The notes below the pieces were generated by a model. It saw only the letters and a list, made by a program, of their open reading frames with translations. It was not told where the DNA came from and did not search any database. DNA of 64,000 bases from Zygnema circumcarinatum SAG 698-1b (taxonomy: Eukaryota > Plantae > Zygnematophyceae), in NCBI GenBank assembly GCA_037447605.1, contig CM074818.1:1128617-1192616 (forward strand), in the 5' to 3' direction. Of the stretch, positions 37,898-49,722 are shown piece after piece (the stretch's first letter is position 1; every line of letters begins with the position of its first letter). Made by a program: the position numbers and the translations under genes.

Positions 37898-40505
37898 ATG
37901 GCGGGAGTCGAGCAGGACCTCACTGGCGACGGCGGGGTGATGAAGCGCATCCTACGCTCTGCAAAGCCCGACGCACTCTCTCCCTCCGAGGCGCACCCCA
38001 TCGCTGAAGGTTGCTCCTCCTTTCTTGCAGCTGGCTGCTTGCTCGCTGAATCCGGTCAAGCTTACGGAGTTTCTTTGTGTCTTAGAATCCTTGTATGTTC
38101 TATGAGCTTTTCACCTCAGGAAGGGGTGCGTGTTGTTGTGTTAAATTGAGTTTGGGTTATGTTTTTCTGTTTTTAAAACATTAAAAGAAAAGCCGAGTTT
38201 TTATCGCAAAAAAGCTCTAAAGAATTAGAAGAGTTCATGTGTGCAGGATGGCGGATTCGTTACTTGAATTTATTGTGAAAGTTTGGAGTCTGTTTCGGGT
38301 CTCTTTCGCGACTTAGACTTGACTTAGTCTTGTGCTAGACTATGACTTCTGGAATAGCTCCCGTGAGAATTTGTTTCCAGCGAAGAGTCTGGTCTACCTG
38401 CAGCGGTTCGTCCACCATTGTGGAAGGAAATTTCTTTGTGTTGAAGCGGTTATCGAGGTTTACATCTGCGCGCGTGAGACAGTGCTCTGCTGAAAGCACT
38501 TTAGGGCTAAAGGCCAGGTACAGCCGCGTAAAGGGTATGCTTTGTGTGGGAAATATCCGTTTGATGGCTTAACGTTGTACCCCATTTTTATATGCAAAGA
38601 ATTTTTTAAGCTTCTTAAACTTACGGCACTGTCAGAACATCATTTTTGGGTTATATAGAACAAATGTTGTGAGGCTATCTCACTGCTTGGCTTATGAAAA
38701 CGTCGTTGATAAGCAAAATTGTTTTAGGTAGAGAGAGCCGTCGAGTTAGAGAGATGATGCTTCAAAATGTGAGGGTGTACATTCACTCCTCCACCAAAAG
38801 CTGGTTTCAATAACTCGTCAACTGAGACTAGAGATGGACCTGTTTCCAGTAGTTAATGGATAAATCGATTCGTTTTGCTGTGTTTAGTGCACTATGAAGG
38901 GAGACTGTTGGAGACGGATGAAGTTTTTGACTCTTCACGTGAAGACAATACCGCGTTCGTTTTTGAAGTTGGGGCAGGAAAGGTCATCAGGGCCTGGGAT
39001 ATCGCTGTGAAGACCATGGAGGTCAGTTTTCAGATCCGCTGATCTTGAAACCCTCGTCAGCTGGCGTGCAACCCTTCTGCATTTTGCATTTGTTTGATTA
39101 TATTGCACTTTCACATATCATGTACGATGTGTAGTAAATTGCAGATGTCCTCATGTGGCATTGCTCTAAGGGCCTTTGTATTGCTCTCTGCAAATGGCGC
39201 AGGTCGGTGAACTTGCCTTGATTACTTGTCGGTCAGACTATGCATATGGTGAAGCAGGCTCGCCTCCGGATATTCCTCCAGGGTATCATGCAGCAAAGCT
39301 ACAGCAAGCCAGGGCCCACAGTACTGACAAATGTGATTGGATTACTTGTTTTAGTATAAAACCCCGTTGGCTTGAATGTGTATTATTAGTCAACTTGATT
39401 TTTTTGCCGCCAAAATGGAAATTCCTTTGGTTATTATATTCTTCTTGTAACGCTACTGGTCACACAAAACATTACCGCACCTGCATAGTTCTGTTTCTGG
39501 TTGATTTTAATCATTTCAAAATGGGTGTGCATCTCGTCTGTTGCACTTGTCTTTCTTGTCGAGGAACAAACCAGTCAGGCTGAAGTCAAAGAAGATTTCC
39601 TCCGTTAGGAAGATTTCGCTATTTTTTTGCTCATTGTGTTGGTGATTGCTTGCAGGGCGACACTGGTGTTTGAGGTGGAACTTATGTCTGTGAGACCTCC
39701 TAAAGGGAGTTCAGCCGAGGGATTCACAGCAGACAGAAGTCGTTTGGAGTGAGTGAAGCTCACCAGGGTGGCTTTGGTTCACAGGCTGTCAGAGTTACTC
39801 TCTGGTTTCACCATCGTTGCAGATTGCTATTTGTTCTCTTCTGCTGAGCCTAAGGGTCTTTGTGTGAGTGCGTTTATTTTGGTAAATGTATCGACATCCT
39901 TGGTTTCATGTGTTTTAAATATTGGTGAATCTTCAGGACCTACAGAACAGAGCCAAGCTTTCATGTGTGTTGACCATGTCGTCAATTTCATGGTCGTGGT
40001 TATGGTAGTTTTTTAATTTGACTTTTTTGAAGGTGGGCCAAGCAAGGGGTCAGGCATCTGGATTTCTGTAATTATCTTGCCCAGCCGTAAGTTTATGAGT
40101 TCTATATCTAGCAGAAGGGAGGTCGTAAGTGCCGATGAACTGGAAAGACAGGTGCGGTAGCTGCAGGTATCAGCTGGCGAAATTCGCCCGTGACGAGTCA
40201 GACTGCATAATACTTCGAGTGAAGAGTCGTGAAATAGTTTCCTGTCAGTGTAGACATTCAAAAACGACTGTTGACTTAATTGGAGAGCATGTACCACGTA
40301 AGGCGCTCCTGGTCATTACTTAGTGGGAACAGTGTGCACTGTGTGCTGCAGAGAGTTGAGGAGAGAGCGAGAGCTCGCTGCAGCAAGGAAGGACGAGGAA
40401 AAGAAGAAGCGTGAAGAAGCTAAGGCTGCGGCTGCGTCCCGGCTCCAAGCCAAGCTGGACTCCAAAAAGGGCGGCAAGGGGGGTGGGAAGAGCAAGGGGA
40501 AGTAA
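37898..40505 (+). CDS. FKBP20-1: FK506-binding peptidyl-prolyl isomerase FKBP20-1, 5 exons
   Basis: DLTGDGGVMKRILR...|VHYEGRLLETDEVFDSSREDNTAFVFEVGAGKVIRAWDIAVKTME|VGELALITCRSDYAYGEAGSPPDIPP|.TLVFEVEL...|ELRRERE...KKGGKGGGKSKGK*. Confidence 0.92.
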
Positions 40506-41435
40506 CGCTGCCTTCAACCCGAGTGGCGTTGTGGAGAAGTCTGCCGGTTTGTTCTGAGCTCGGGGACCTGATTTGTAAATGTCCTGATTGCTTCGCTAAA
40601 GGGTGGAGCACTTTCACAATTGCGCTCTTTCACTCTCTCGACTGGCTGCTCTGTTGCACTGGCGGGCTGCTAGCGGGCGTGCATGCCTACTGGATGGCAG
40701 ACAGACAAGAGCCGACAGCGGTCAGCTGCGATTTGTGTGATTTAAAGGAATTGCTCATATGCAGTATTCCCGTACTTAGTGAACATTTTTTTTTACTTTT
40801 TAAAAAGTTTTCTTGGTCAACTTTCTGAAACCGTCTATCAATTCGGTCAGGTCCTTGACTTGTGCATAGGAAGAATTCATTCCTCTCACCGTGAATGTTG
40901 TTACGTCCTGCGACAGTGGAGCAGATTTCTGTGTCGTCATTTTCGGAATGTTCCATCTCACATAGTCACCGTTGTTGGTCACACAGTGGGGACATGTACA
41001 TGCACTCAGGTGACACGCGATGACATGGTCAATTGAGACATTGCCATAAGGCTGCGGTGTACACGCCGGAATACATGGGAGTGCTCCTCGTTCTAAGAGC
41101 AAGAAGGTCATATACCGCCGTCCATTTTCAGCTGCAGCCGCGTCAATAAGCTGTTATTAAAAGTGTTTAAATCAACCCTCGGATTGCCGAACAACAAAGA
41201 AAAGTGATACAGGCAGAGCTCATGAACTGCTCTTGCATGCGCCCCAGTACTAAGTGCGTTCTATCCTCAAACTTCTGTACAGAAACTCACCGTCGTTTTT
41301 TAGTCTGATGTATATACAGCAAGTGTCTCGAGCTCAAGGTATCCGCAAAAGATATAAAGTAGCTACTCAAAGGAACTCTATTTAACGCTAATCCAAATCC
41401 ACAGTGGACGCAACCTTTCTGTGCTATAAGCTGTT

Positions 41436-44057
41436 TCAGTTCCACTTTTTGCCCTCCTCCTCAGGAGCGGCTTGCGACTCCAGTTCAGGCAGCGGCTCCT
41501 TCTTCTCCCACACGCAGTAGTTGGTGCCGAAGGCGGCGATGCTGTACTCGCTCTCGGACGGAGTGAGGTCGCCCAGGTGGTGGCGTTCTCCGATCTTGAC
41601 CACCAACCGATCGCCGATGGTGGCAAGGTAGAGGTCGTGTTCGGCGGCGGTGATGAAGCATTTGGCGCTTGCGTTGATGCCGTTGCGCTTGCGAACGGCG
41701 ATGAGGGCCTTTATCTCATCTTTCAGCCCCCAATCGAAGAAGTGGTCGTAGAACTGCAGCAGAAATGCGAACCTATGTCAGCTCTGACGCACAGACTCGT
41801 TCAGACGCCACGCTCTAAGGCGTCAGCTGCAATAATTGTTTCGAAAGACCCTAAAACTGCACAAGATGGTCTCTTGCTAGCTACAATTTTGTTTTGCAGT
41901 CAAGATTGTCTCCCTTAGAAGGTCAGCGAGGTGATATCGGTAAGGTCAACACACGAACACCTTACTGTGAATGTATGGAAACTTATTTAGTCGCCTCTTT
42001 TGTCTCTCAAGCGACCCCTAGTGTTCATTGCTTAGACTGCATTTTTGTGTAGTGATGAAAGTCAGCTACAGTAAGCGTGTGTCGAGGCCCTCAGAGTCAT
42101 TTCTTGTATGGAAGAGCAGCAACTCACCACGCAAGGCACACCGGGATGCGTCAGGATATAGGCATAGCCCTGCATCACTTTGTCACTGGGGAACGGCCAG
42201 TGGTTCTGCGTGGATCCGGTGTCATGATTGTCGATAAACGTGACCGCCTTTTCTGGCCAGTAACCAATCATGCCTGCATAATCAACCAAAACCTCAGAAA
42301 ATGGACGAAATGTCTGTATACCCTGACACAACGCTTTCACAGAAGGAATAAAAAAGCGTGAATGTGCACAAAGTAACCAAAACCTCTCTCTCAAGCATAA
42401 AAAACACACCTGGAGGCTTGCTGTTGGGGTCCCGAAGCCGCCATAATTGCCCATTGACGGCCTCCTGAAGTATTCCCTTGGTTGTGAAGTCAAAAGCGGT
42501 AGACTGTCCATTTGTCGCATTAACCCAATCCACCAACTGCTGCCTGTGCCCGTCCTGATTGTATTCAACGCCGTCCCCGCCGTAATTGAGAGATGCCCAG
42601 AACTCTCCGACCGAGAAGACAGGCTGTGTCTTTTCATTGTAGTGCCCCACAAAGTATCCTCCAAAGCCCTTCACAAAGTCGTAACGCCAACCATCGAATC
42701 CTATGTCGTTCTTTAGCCAGTTCATCCAGTTTATGAGCTCATTCTGCACCCTCTCATTGGTGTGGTCTATGTCAGGTGCAGCGCCATAGTCTTCCCCGGT
42801 GTCCTGCTGCCCCCTCCCTCGATACTCATGGTCACCTCCCGTAATGGCCCACGGGCCCCAGTCGAGCCGCTCGTCGGGCGTGCCGCCCTCGAACACGTTC
42901 CACACTCCGTGGTCGTCTTGGCTGTTGCCGCATCGGTGGTTGATCACAATGTCCGCCATGCAGCGCACGCCGGCCGAGTGGAGTTTATCGATCAGCGACT
43001 TCAGCTGCTCGCCATTTCCGTACTTTGAAGCGTCAATGTTATACAGTTGATTCGGCATATATCCTGCAGGACGAGGCAACTCGTTCAGTTATCTCCAGGT
43101 ATTATCCTGCATGATTCAAACCTTCCTTTTTCGCGTTTTTTAAATGGCATTCTCGCAAACAGTCGATTCTGTTAATGAAGCATTGGTTGAGTTTCATAAG
43201 TACGATGCTTTCTCTGGGACAACTTCTGCTGACGTGAATTTTAGATAGATCTGCACATTGAGGATACTCTGGGCTGAATCAGGGGCTTGAAGGGAGGCGG
43301 AACCTTGAGGAGCGACAGAGTGGCTGGGAGGCGGCAGCCACACATCTGTGAATCCGGCAGAGGAGAGTTCGTCCACGAGATTGGCGAGCACGTTGTACCA
43401 ACCCTTCTTGTTCTTGCAGGACTCCCAGTTGAAACCCTGCACATTGACACCGCCAAAAGGATGCCAAGGAAACCCGCAACAAATAAAGAATTGTAAGATA
43501 CCAACACGGCCGCACGCAATGGCGCCTACCACTGCATCAGAGGGGGACGCCAATTTGACGTCAAGATTCAAACGTTCCCTTTATTACATTCAATTATGGA
43601 ATCAACAAAATGGGCAACGGAACAAATCCCCAACGCAGCTTCAATCAAAGCATGAAACGACGCATCTTCCGGATATCTTGGAATTCGGAAGTTAAAAGAA
43701 AGAGTAGAAACGAGTAATCCGAAAAGCTCCTGCAGAATTACATACCTGAATCATCACAACATCGCGAGGGTCAATCTGGATATTCCCCCCACGCGATTTC
43801 CCTGATTCCTTATCCAAATCTACAGATTCTTTCTCCACTGCAAGAGCCTCTGGCGCGGCTGCCTCCGCAACAATCCCCTGTCTTCTCCCCTTCTTCTTCC
43901 CTCCCACAGAGCACAACGCGCCCGCCAGAGGCGCTTGGACGCGCAATGGCTGGATAAGTCCCGTCAGAGGGAGATTGCATACTGCAGGCAGGCGGCACTC
44001 GCTCTGGTGCAGGGAGGTCGTGGCGGGGAGGGCGGCTGCGCGGCTGAGGGCGGCCAT
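41436..44057 (-). CDS. AMY: Alpha-amylase, GH13 (plant AMY1-like catalytic domain) with ~100-aa N-terminal extension
   Basis: [20 protein letters not shown]|[30 protein letters not shown] (nucleophile Asp), VGEFW (acid/base Glu), [23 protein letters not shown]|FYDHFFDWG and the C-terminal beta domain; five coding exons. Confidence 0.95.
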
Positions 44058-44244
44058 GGCTTCTCGATCTCCTGCTACGCCTCTCGGAGGGGGCCGCCCG
44101 TCTATGTGCAGGCGGGGGGGGGGGGCGTACGGCCGCTCATGCTCCTCCGTACGGAATGTTCGTACAGGCCACGCGTCGCCCATTCCAACAAGCTTGAAGA
44201 TTCGGGGCACCGGCACGCGACGCGTGGCGCGCGACGACTTGCTG

Positions 44245-44390
44245 AGGCGCGTGGCCGGCGCGGATTGGCCCGTCGTCAGAAGTCGCGGCGGGCGTTGATT
44301 GGCCGATCTTTGGAAGGGGCGTGGCGGGCGCGGATTGGCGCCGCGATGGCGGCGGACGGCCGAGGGCGACGAGGCGGCACCACGTGGCGG
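44245..44390 (-). promoter_or_regulatory. Alpha-amylase proximal promoter: three CCAAT boxes and a G-box
   Basis: ATTGG at 44264, 44298 and 44334 (CCAAT on the gene strand); CACGTG at 44381-44386; duplicated module GCGTGGC(C/G)GGCGCGGATTGG. Confidence 0.45.
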
Positions 44391-45065
44391 GCGATCCTGC
44401 TCCGTGGGGCGGCATTTCGGAAACGGCTTTCCTTTTCTCCATTAGGGGGTTCAGACTTAATACATGGCCAAATCAATTTAGTAAGCCTGTCGGGCGAATT
44501 AAGCATTGGCTAGGTACGCATTTCGGTACGGCTGGGTTTGGCGGAGCCGCGGATCCCGATCCGGAATTAGTACACGAAACTTTTGCTTTTAGTATACTAA
44601 ATTCGGGAATTTAGTACGCTCCGGGCTAAGTCTGACCCCCCCCTATTCAAAACAGTGGTGTTTTGAGTTGATCAGAATGCCAAGGTTGTTGGGAATGCAT
44701 CAGATGTCGATGTTGGGAGCAATGTCGCAGGAGCAGATGGATGCACTCACGAGGCAACAGTATACAAGCACACTCCAAACAACAACTCCGTGGACAAGCT
44801 ATTATTACGAGAATTTGAATGCACTTGACATGCCAGTTGCCTGGTTGAGAGCAGCCTGTGCACTCAGTATCTTCAAATAACTTAAATAATCCCTCTCACA
44901 CTCATCTCGAATTCTCCCCTTCGAAAAAATAGATAAAAACTTAAAAAAATAAACAATTGCCAACCATAGCCCGTATCGAACCGCCGACCGGTGATGAGTG
45001 GCGCGCGCGGACCCCCCCTCCTGCGACTCTCGCTGTCTCTCTCGCCGCCAGCGCGTGACGCTCTG

Positions 45066-47877
45066 TCACGCGTTGCTGTAGACCCACCACAGCAAGTTCG
45101 CCCGCGAGTTCCCATCATCGTACTCCTCGAGCGCGTCCACGCACGCGAGCGCGCCCTGTCGGTCTGCGCGCGCCCTCAGCGCGCAGAGGAAGCCCCGCCA
45201 CGCGTCGCCCGCGGGCGCGCCTTCCCCCCACTCCGCCAACTGCCGCGCGAACTCCGGGTCCTTGAACAGCGCGGCCGTGACCGGCGTCACGGGCAACGTC
45301 TGGATCCCCGCGCGCTCCGCGAGCGCGGTCGCGGGCGCGAACCACAGCGCGGCATCGCGCTTGGTCGCCCACAGCACGCCCACAGCGCGGTTCGAGCGCG
45401 CGAACTCGGGCGCGAACTGCGCGTACAGCGCGGAGGAACCTTCCGGAACGTGCCAGAGCTTGCGCGCTGCGCGGCGTTCCGCGGAGGCGAGCGTGGCCGC
45501 GGCGGAGGCGAGGGGGAGGTCCCCGAGGGCGAGGCCCGCGAGGGCGGCCGCGTAGTACGCGTTTAGGGCTTCGCTCGAGCTCTCCTGGTTGCGGCCATCG
45601 GCGAACTCGGTAAGGCCCGAGGCCCACGAGTGGAGGGCGTGGGGGTCGAAGTGGCGGAGGACGGGGAAGAGGGGGGAGGGGGCGGAGTCCAGAGTGAGGT
45701 AGTCGGCGATTAGGGCGCGGATCTGAGCGCTGTACGCGCGGCCCCAGGAGCTGTCGAGCTTCGTCAGCGTGGCGGCGGCGTACACGAAGTAGCCGTAGTG
45801 GAAGTGGTGGTCGTTGTACAGGCCCAGCCCAAAGTCCGCATCCTGCACTCCGCTTTCCCGTTCACTACGCAGTCAGGGTTGAGTTCCTGATTGAACAGAC
45901 TACTTGGTGAGAGAAGAGCTGAGAAGCAGATGTTTGAAGGATGGACATATGCTGACATTGTTCTGAAGACGAATTGACTATGAACAATGGAAAGGGCGGA
46001 TGAGAGAGAACACACCGCAGCGGCAGCTCCAGCCTGGCTGACGATTCCTCCCCAGGTGCTGTCGTACAGGAGAGCGTTTCCAGCAACGGTGCCGGTGAAC
46101 CATGGCGTCAGGCTCTCTCTCAAGAAACCTCTCACGCGCGGAACTACATCCGGCAAGTCCACCTCCTCCGCTATCAGAGCCAGACGAGCAGCTCTAGCCG
46201 CAGCTTTTCCAAAAAAGTAGGTCGAGGTGATGCCTGTGATGGGCGTGAGAGCTGCAACATCCTGCAGCAGAAGCAGCCACCAATGCAGCAAGTAAAGAAG
46301 GTGCGTTTTGAACGTCTAAGACTCAAGGTTACCATTTTCAGCTCCTCTCGACTGCAAAGCCTATCGAATGTCAGTGCTCACCTGCATTACAGCTTCTCGA
46401 ACAGCTGCTAATCCAACAGCATCAGATATTCCTCCAGCGGAATACCAGCTGATGTTCATGGCGGGCAGAGTCAGCACCCACTTTGAACCCACGTGTCCCA
46501 CCGCAGGGCCATCCAGCGTTTCATAACTGATATTAGTCGCCGGAGGAATCTGCGCTGAAGACGACGTAGGACTGCATGTTGAAGAGCCGGAAGAGCCGGA
46601 AGATTGCATGGAAGCGCGATGAACTGCGACATGATGATGCCCGCATGCTTCTGGTTAGACCGACCGAGCACAACCGACTACGTCGAAAGTTAAAGAATAA
46701 CAGTTTGCTAAATTTGACATACACATGCCAGTACGAACATTTCAAACGCGCGCCGCTTAAGCTGAATGCGCCATGCTGACCTGGCAGTGTAAGAAGCAAA
46801 AGACTGGAGGCCGGCAGGCTCCCCCAACTCGCTGTCCGCCACCTGTAGCTCAGCTGGAAATGCTGCACTGAAAAGTGACCACCCGTGGGATAGACCGACC
46901 TGTGGTAGTCCAAAGCAGCCTCTGCCGCGGCCTGCTTTTGAGCCGGCAGGAGCGCCACTCGGATCACTCCCGTGAAAGGAGTCGCTGCGGCGAGGGATTG
47001 CGAGAGAGGCAAGGGGCCGGAGGAGTACACAAGCCATGTCTGCATTTGGGGGGGGGGGCGGTCGTTACAGTCACAGGGAGAAGATTGACATGCTTTGCTT
47101 CTGCCACTTTAAAAAAGGCAATTTTGGCACCGTAGCTGGCAATTCACCAGCCAAATAAATCCGAAACAGTCGCGTTCCATCCTTACCTGTTCATTGCTCA
47201 ATTTCAAGACATGTTTCGTAGCCTCTGCGTTTGAAACAAAGCTAAGGACAGTGTGGTTAGTACTGAAGGTGGGCGTGAAGCCGTTGAAGACGAACGTGAG
47301 GTAGGGGCTGCCGCGCACGAGGGGCACGCTCAGACCAGCGCCCCAATTGAAGGTGACGCTCAGCTTGTCGTATGCAGCAATCGTGGGAGAGGGCAGGCCC
47401 TCCATAACTGACAGCAGCAAGTCCTGGATGAAAGCCTGTCGCACACGCCAGTAGTTGAAAAAGGCTCATAACAAGAAACATATAAGAAGTGGCACGGAAA
47501 ATCAACCAGCAGCTAGCTACCTGTGTTCCGGTTATGGATCTCAAAGCTGCACACCTGGATGATGCTTGTGGAGGTCGCAGAAGCGCGAGAGTACCCGAAT
47601 GCTATGGCCGCCGGCTGCAACTGCACCATGTACGGCAACACGAGCTCGGGGGCGCGCCCCTCGTTGAGGACGTAGTTCTGCCACGGCTCGTTGGTGGGGA
47701 ATGGCGCCTGCACAGAGCCCGGCAAGGTCAGGCCCTCACGGAGGCACAACCACGTGCGCCATGTTGGGAGGAGGGAAGGGGAACCCACGGCTGCTTTACC
47801 GAAAAATTGGAGGCGAGGAAGAGGGATGGCAAGGGCGCAACAGTCGAATCGACAGTGGGAAATCCAGGCGTCGCCAT
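45066..47877 (-). CDS. GH81 endo-1,3(4)-beta-glucanase / beta-glucan-binding protein homologue, copy A (7 exons)
   Basis: MATPGFPTVDSTV...|APFPTNEPWQNYVL, VPLVRGSPYLTF, TYFFGKAAARAARLALIAEE, LLYDSTWGG, DFGLGLYNDHHFHYGYF, LRHFDPHALHSWASGL, DGRNQESSSEALNAYY, NLLWWVYS*. The GH81 catalytic Asp/Glu motifs are intact. Confidence 0.93.
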
Positions 47878-48466
47878 GGCTGATGATGCAGCGCTTCCCC
47901 TCACCTCTCTCTCCCTTATCTCTTGTTTCTGGCTACCTCTTTTCCCCTAGACTTTACTCCCTATATACCTCTCCCTTCCTTCCTCCCTCCCTCCCTCTTG
48001 CTCCCTCCCCCTCTCTCTGCCTTCTCTCGCCCTCAGTTCTTTCCTTTCTCCCGTGTCCCTCTTCCCTGTTTCTCTCTTCTACTTCTCCCTGATTCCCCCC
48101 GCCTGCCGTATCCTCCACGCCTCCCCCCCCTTAAGCGCTCCCTCCCTCCCTCCCTCCCTCCCTCCCTCCCTCCCTCCCTCCCTCCCTCCTCCCTCCCCTC
48201 CCTCCCTCCCTCCCTCCTCCCCTGCCGCCTGCGCGGAAAATTCTTAGTCGCGGATCGCGCACCTAAGAATCAATCGCGCGCCGCCACGTGGCTTCGAGGA
48301 TCCGCCCAGTGCCACTGGCTTCGTGGCGGCTCCTCGCCCGAAGCCAGTGACACTGTCGGTGCCGTACGTGGCGGCGTACGCGGCGTGACGCGACCGTACC
48401 GTACGGTACTACAGCAACCAGTTGACTTTGCGCGTACCGTCCGTACTGTGCGGAGCTTTTTGGTGT

Positions 48467-48570
48467 GACTGACTGACTGACTGGCTGATGGACTGACTGA
48501 CCGACTGACGGACGGACAGACGGACGGATGGACGGACGGACGGACGGACGGACGGACGGACGGACGGACG
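48467..48570 (+). repeat. Compound (GACT)n/(GACG)n microsatellite
   Basis: Directly visible, upstream of GH81 copy A. Confidence 0.9.
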
Positions 48571-49722
48571 TTGGGGTGCATTAACGTGCTGTCCACACCA
48601 CTCGATGAACAGTGGACGGTGGGACCGTTTGCTGCTGGCAAACGGTGCGGGCCTCACTGAAATAAATGTGCTGGGCGGTGGTGGGCATGTGCAGCTCCGA
48701 AGCTTTGGGGAGCGGTGGAGGGAGGTCGCACGGGACGTCATGCCAAGCCTTGAGCAAAAATTGTACACGGGGAGGACTGTCGGATCGGGAACCATTGCCA
48801 AACCATTGATTGCCAAATGGTTGGCTGGCCAATGCCTCTCACCCATTGGAATGGTTGGCAACCACTCATAGACAATGATTGCAGCCATCGGCTGGTCTGC
48901 CAACCAGTGGTTGCAACAATTGGCAATCAATATTTGGCCAATGGCTGGCAATTATGTATCCACTGGTTACAACCGTTGTCAATGGCTGACAGGCTCGGCA
49001 ACCAATGGTTCGCAACCGTTTCAATGATTGATCCAATGGTCCTGAGCAAAATTGCAAAAGCTTGCTGTCTGTCGTCATCAGCCGCCCTCATGCCCACTGC
49101 AAACTCCAGTCGCAGTTCTGTTCCAATACGGAATGGGCACTGTCATGAAAACGAGGCATGCTGTGCCACAGCTGCAAAGGCATGCTGTGCCATGCTGCAA
49201 ATGCTGTCCACAACTGAAATGGCGGCACAAGGACACACAAGGGACAAGACAACGTTCTGCAACTTACTGTTCCTGATCAAGAAACGACGCGACATCTCAA
49301 CGCCCATAAGCTGTCAGGCACGAGGGTTTGCTCTGCAAACACCACTAATTGAATGTGCAGAAACTGGAAAACAAGCGGATGCACAAGCAGCCGTACAGAA
49401 AGCCAGAATGTTCCTTTCCGAGGAACTGGCTGCAAACAATAGCATTGGACAAAGTTCTTGCGAAACAAGGGCCTTAGGCGGCCTTTCATTCAGAAACAAC
49501 TCATATTCCGAATGAACAATGTATTCTCTACAGCCCCGTATAGCCGCAAACTCTGCCATCACGTAGACCAGCTAAAGGAGCTTCTCCGGATGCCCTCAAA
49601 GGCGTCTGCTAGACGCCTTCATGCCGACTTCTGGCAGGTAGCTTTGCCCAAACATAGAAACACCGAAAGGGGAGGGCCACATGCACGAGCCGGTAATCAC
49701 TGAGCAGTCGAGAGAGAGTTTC

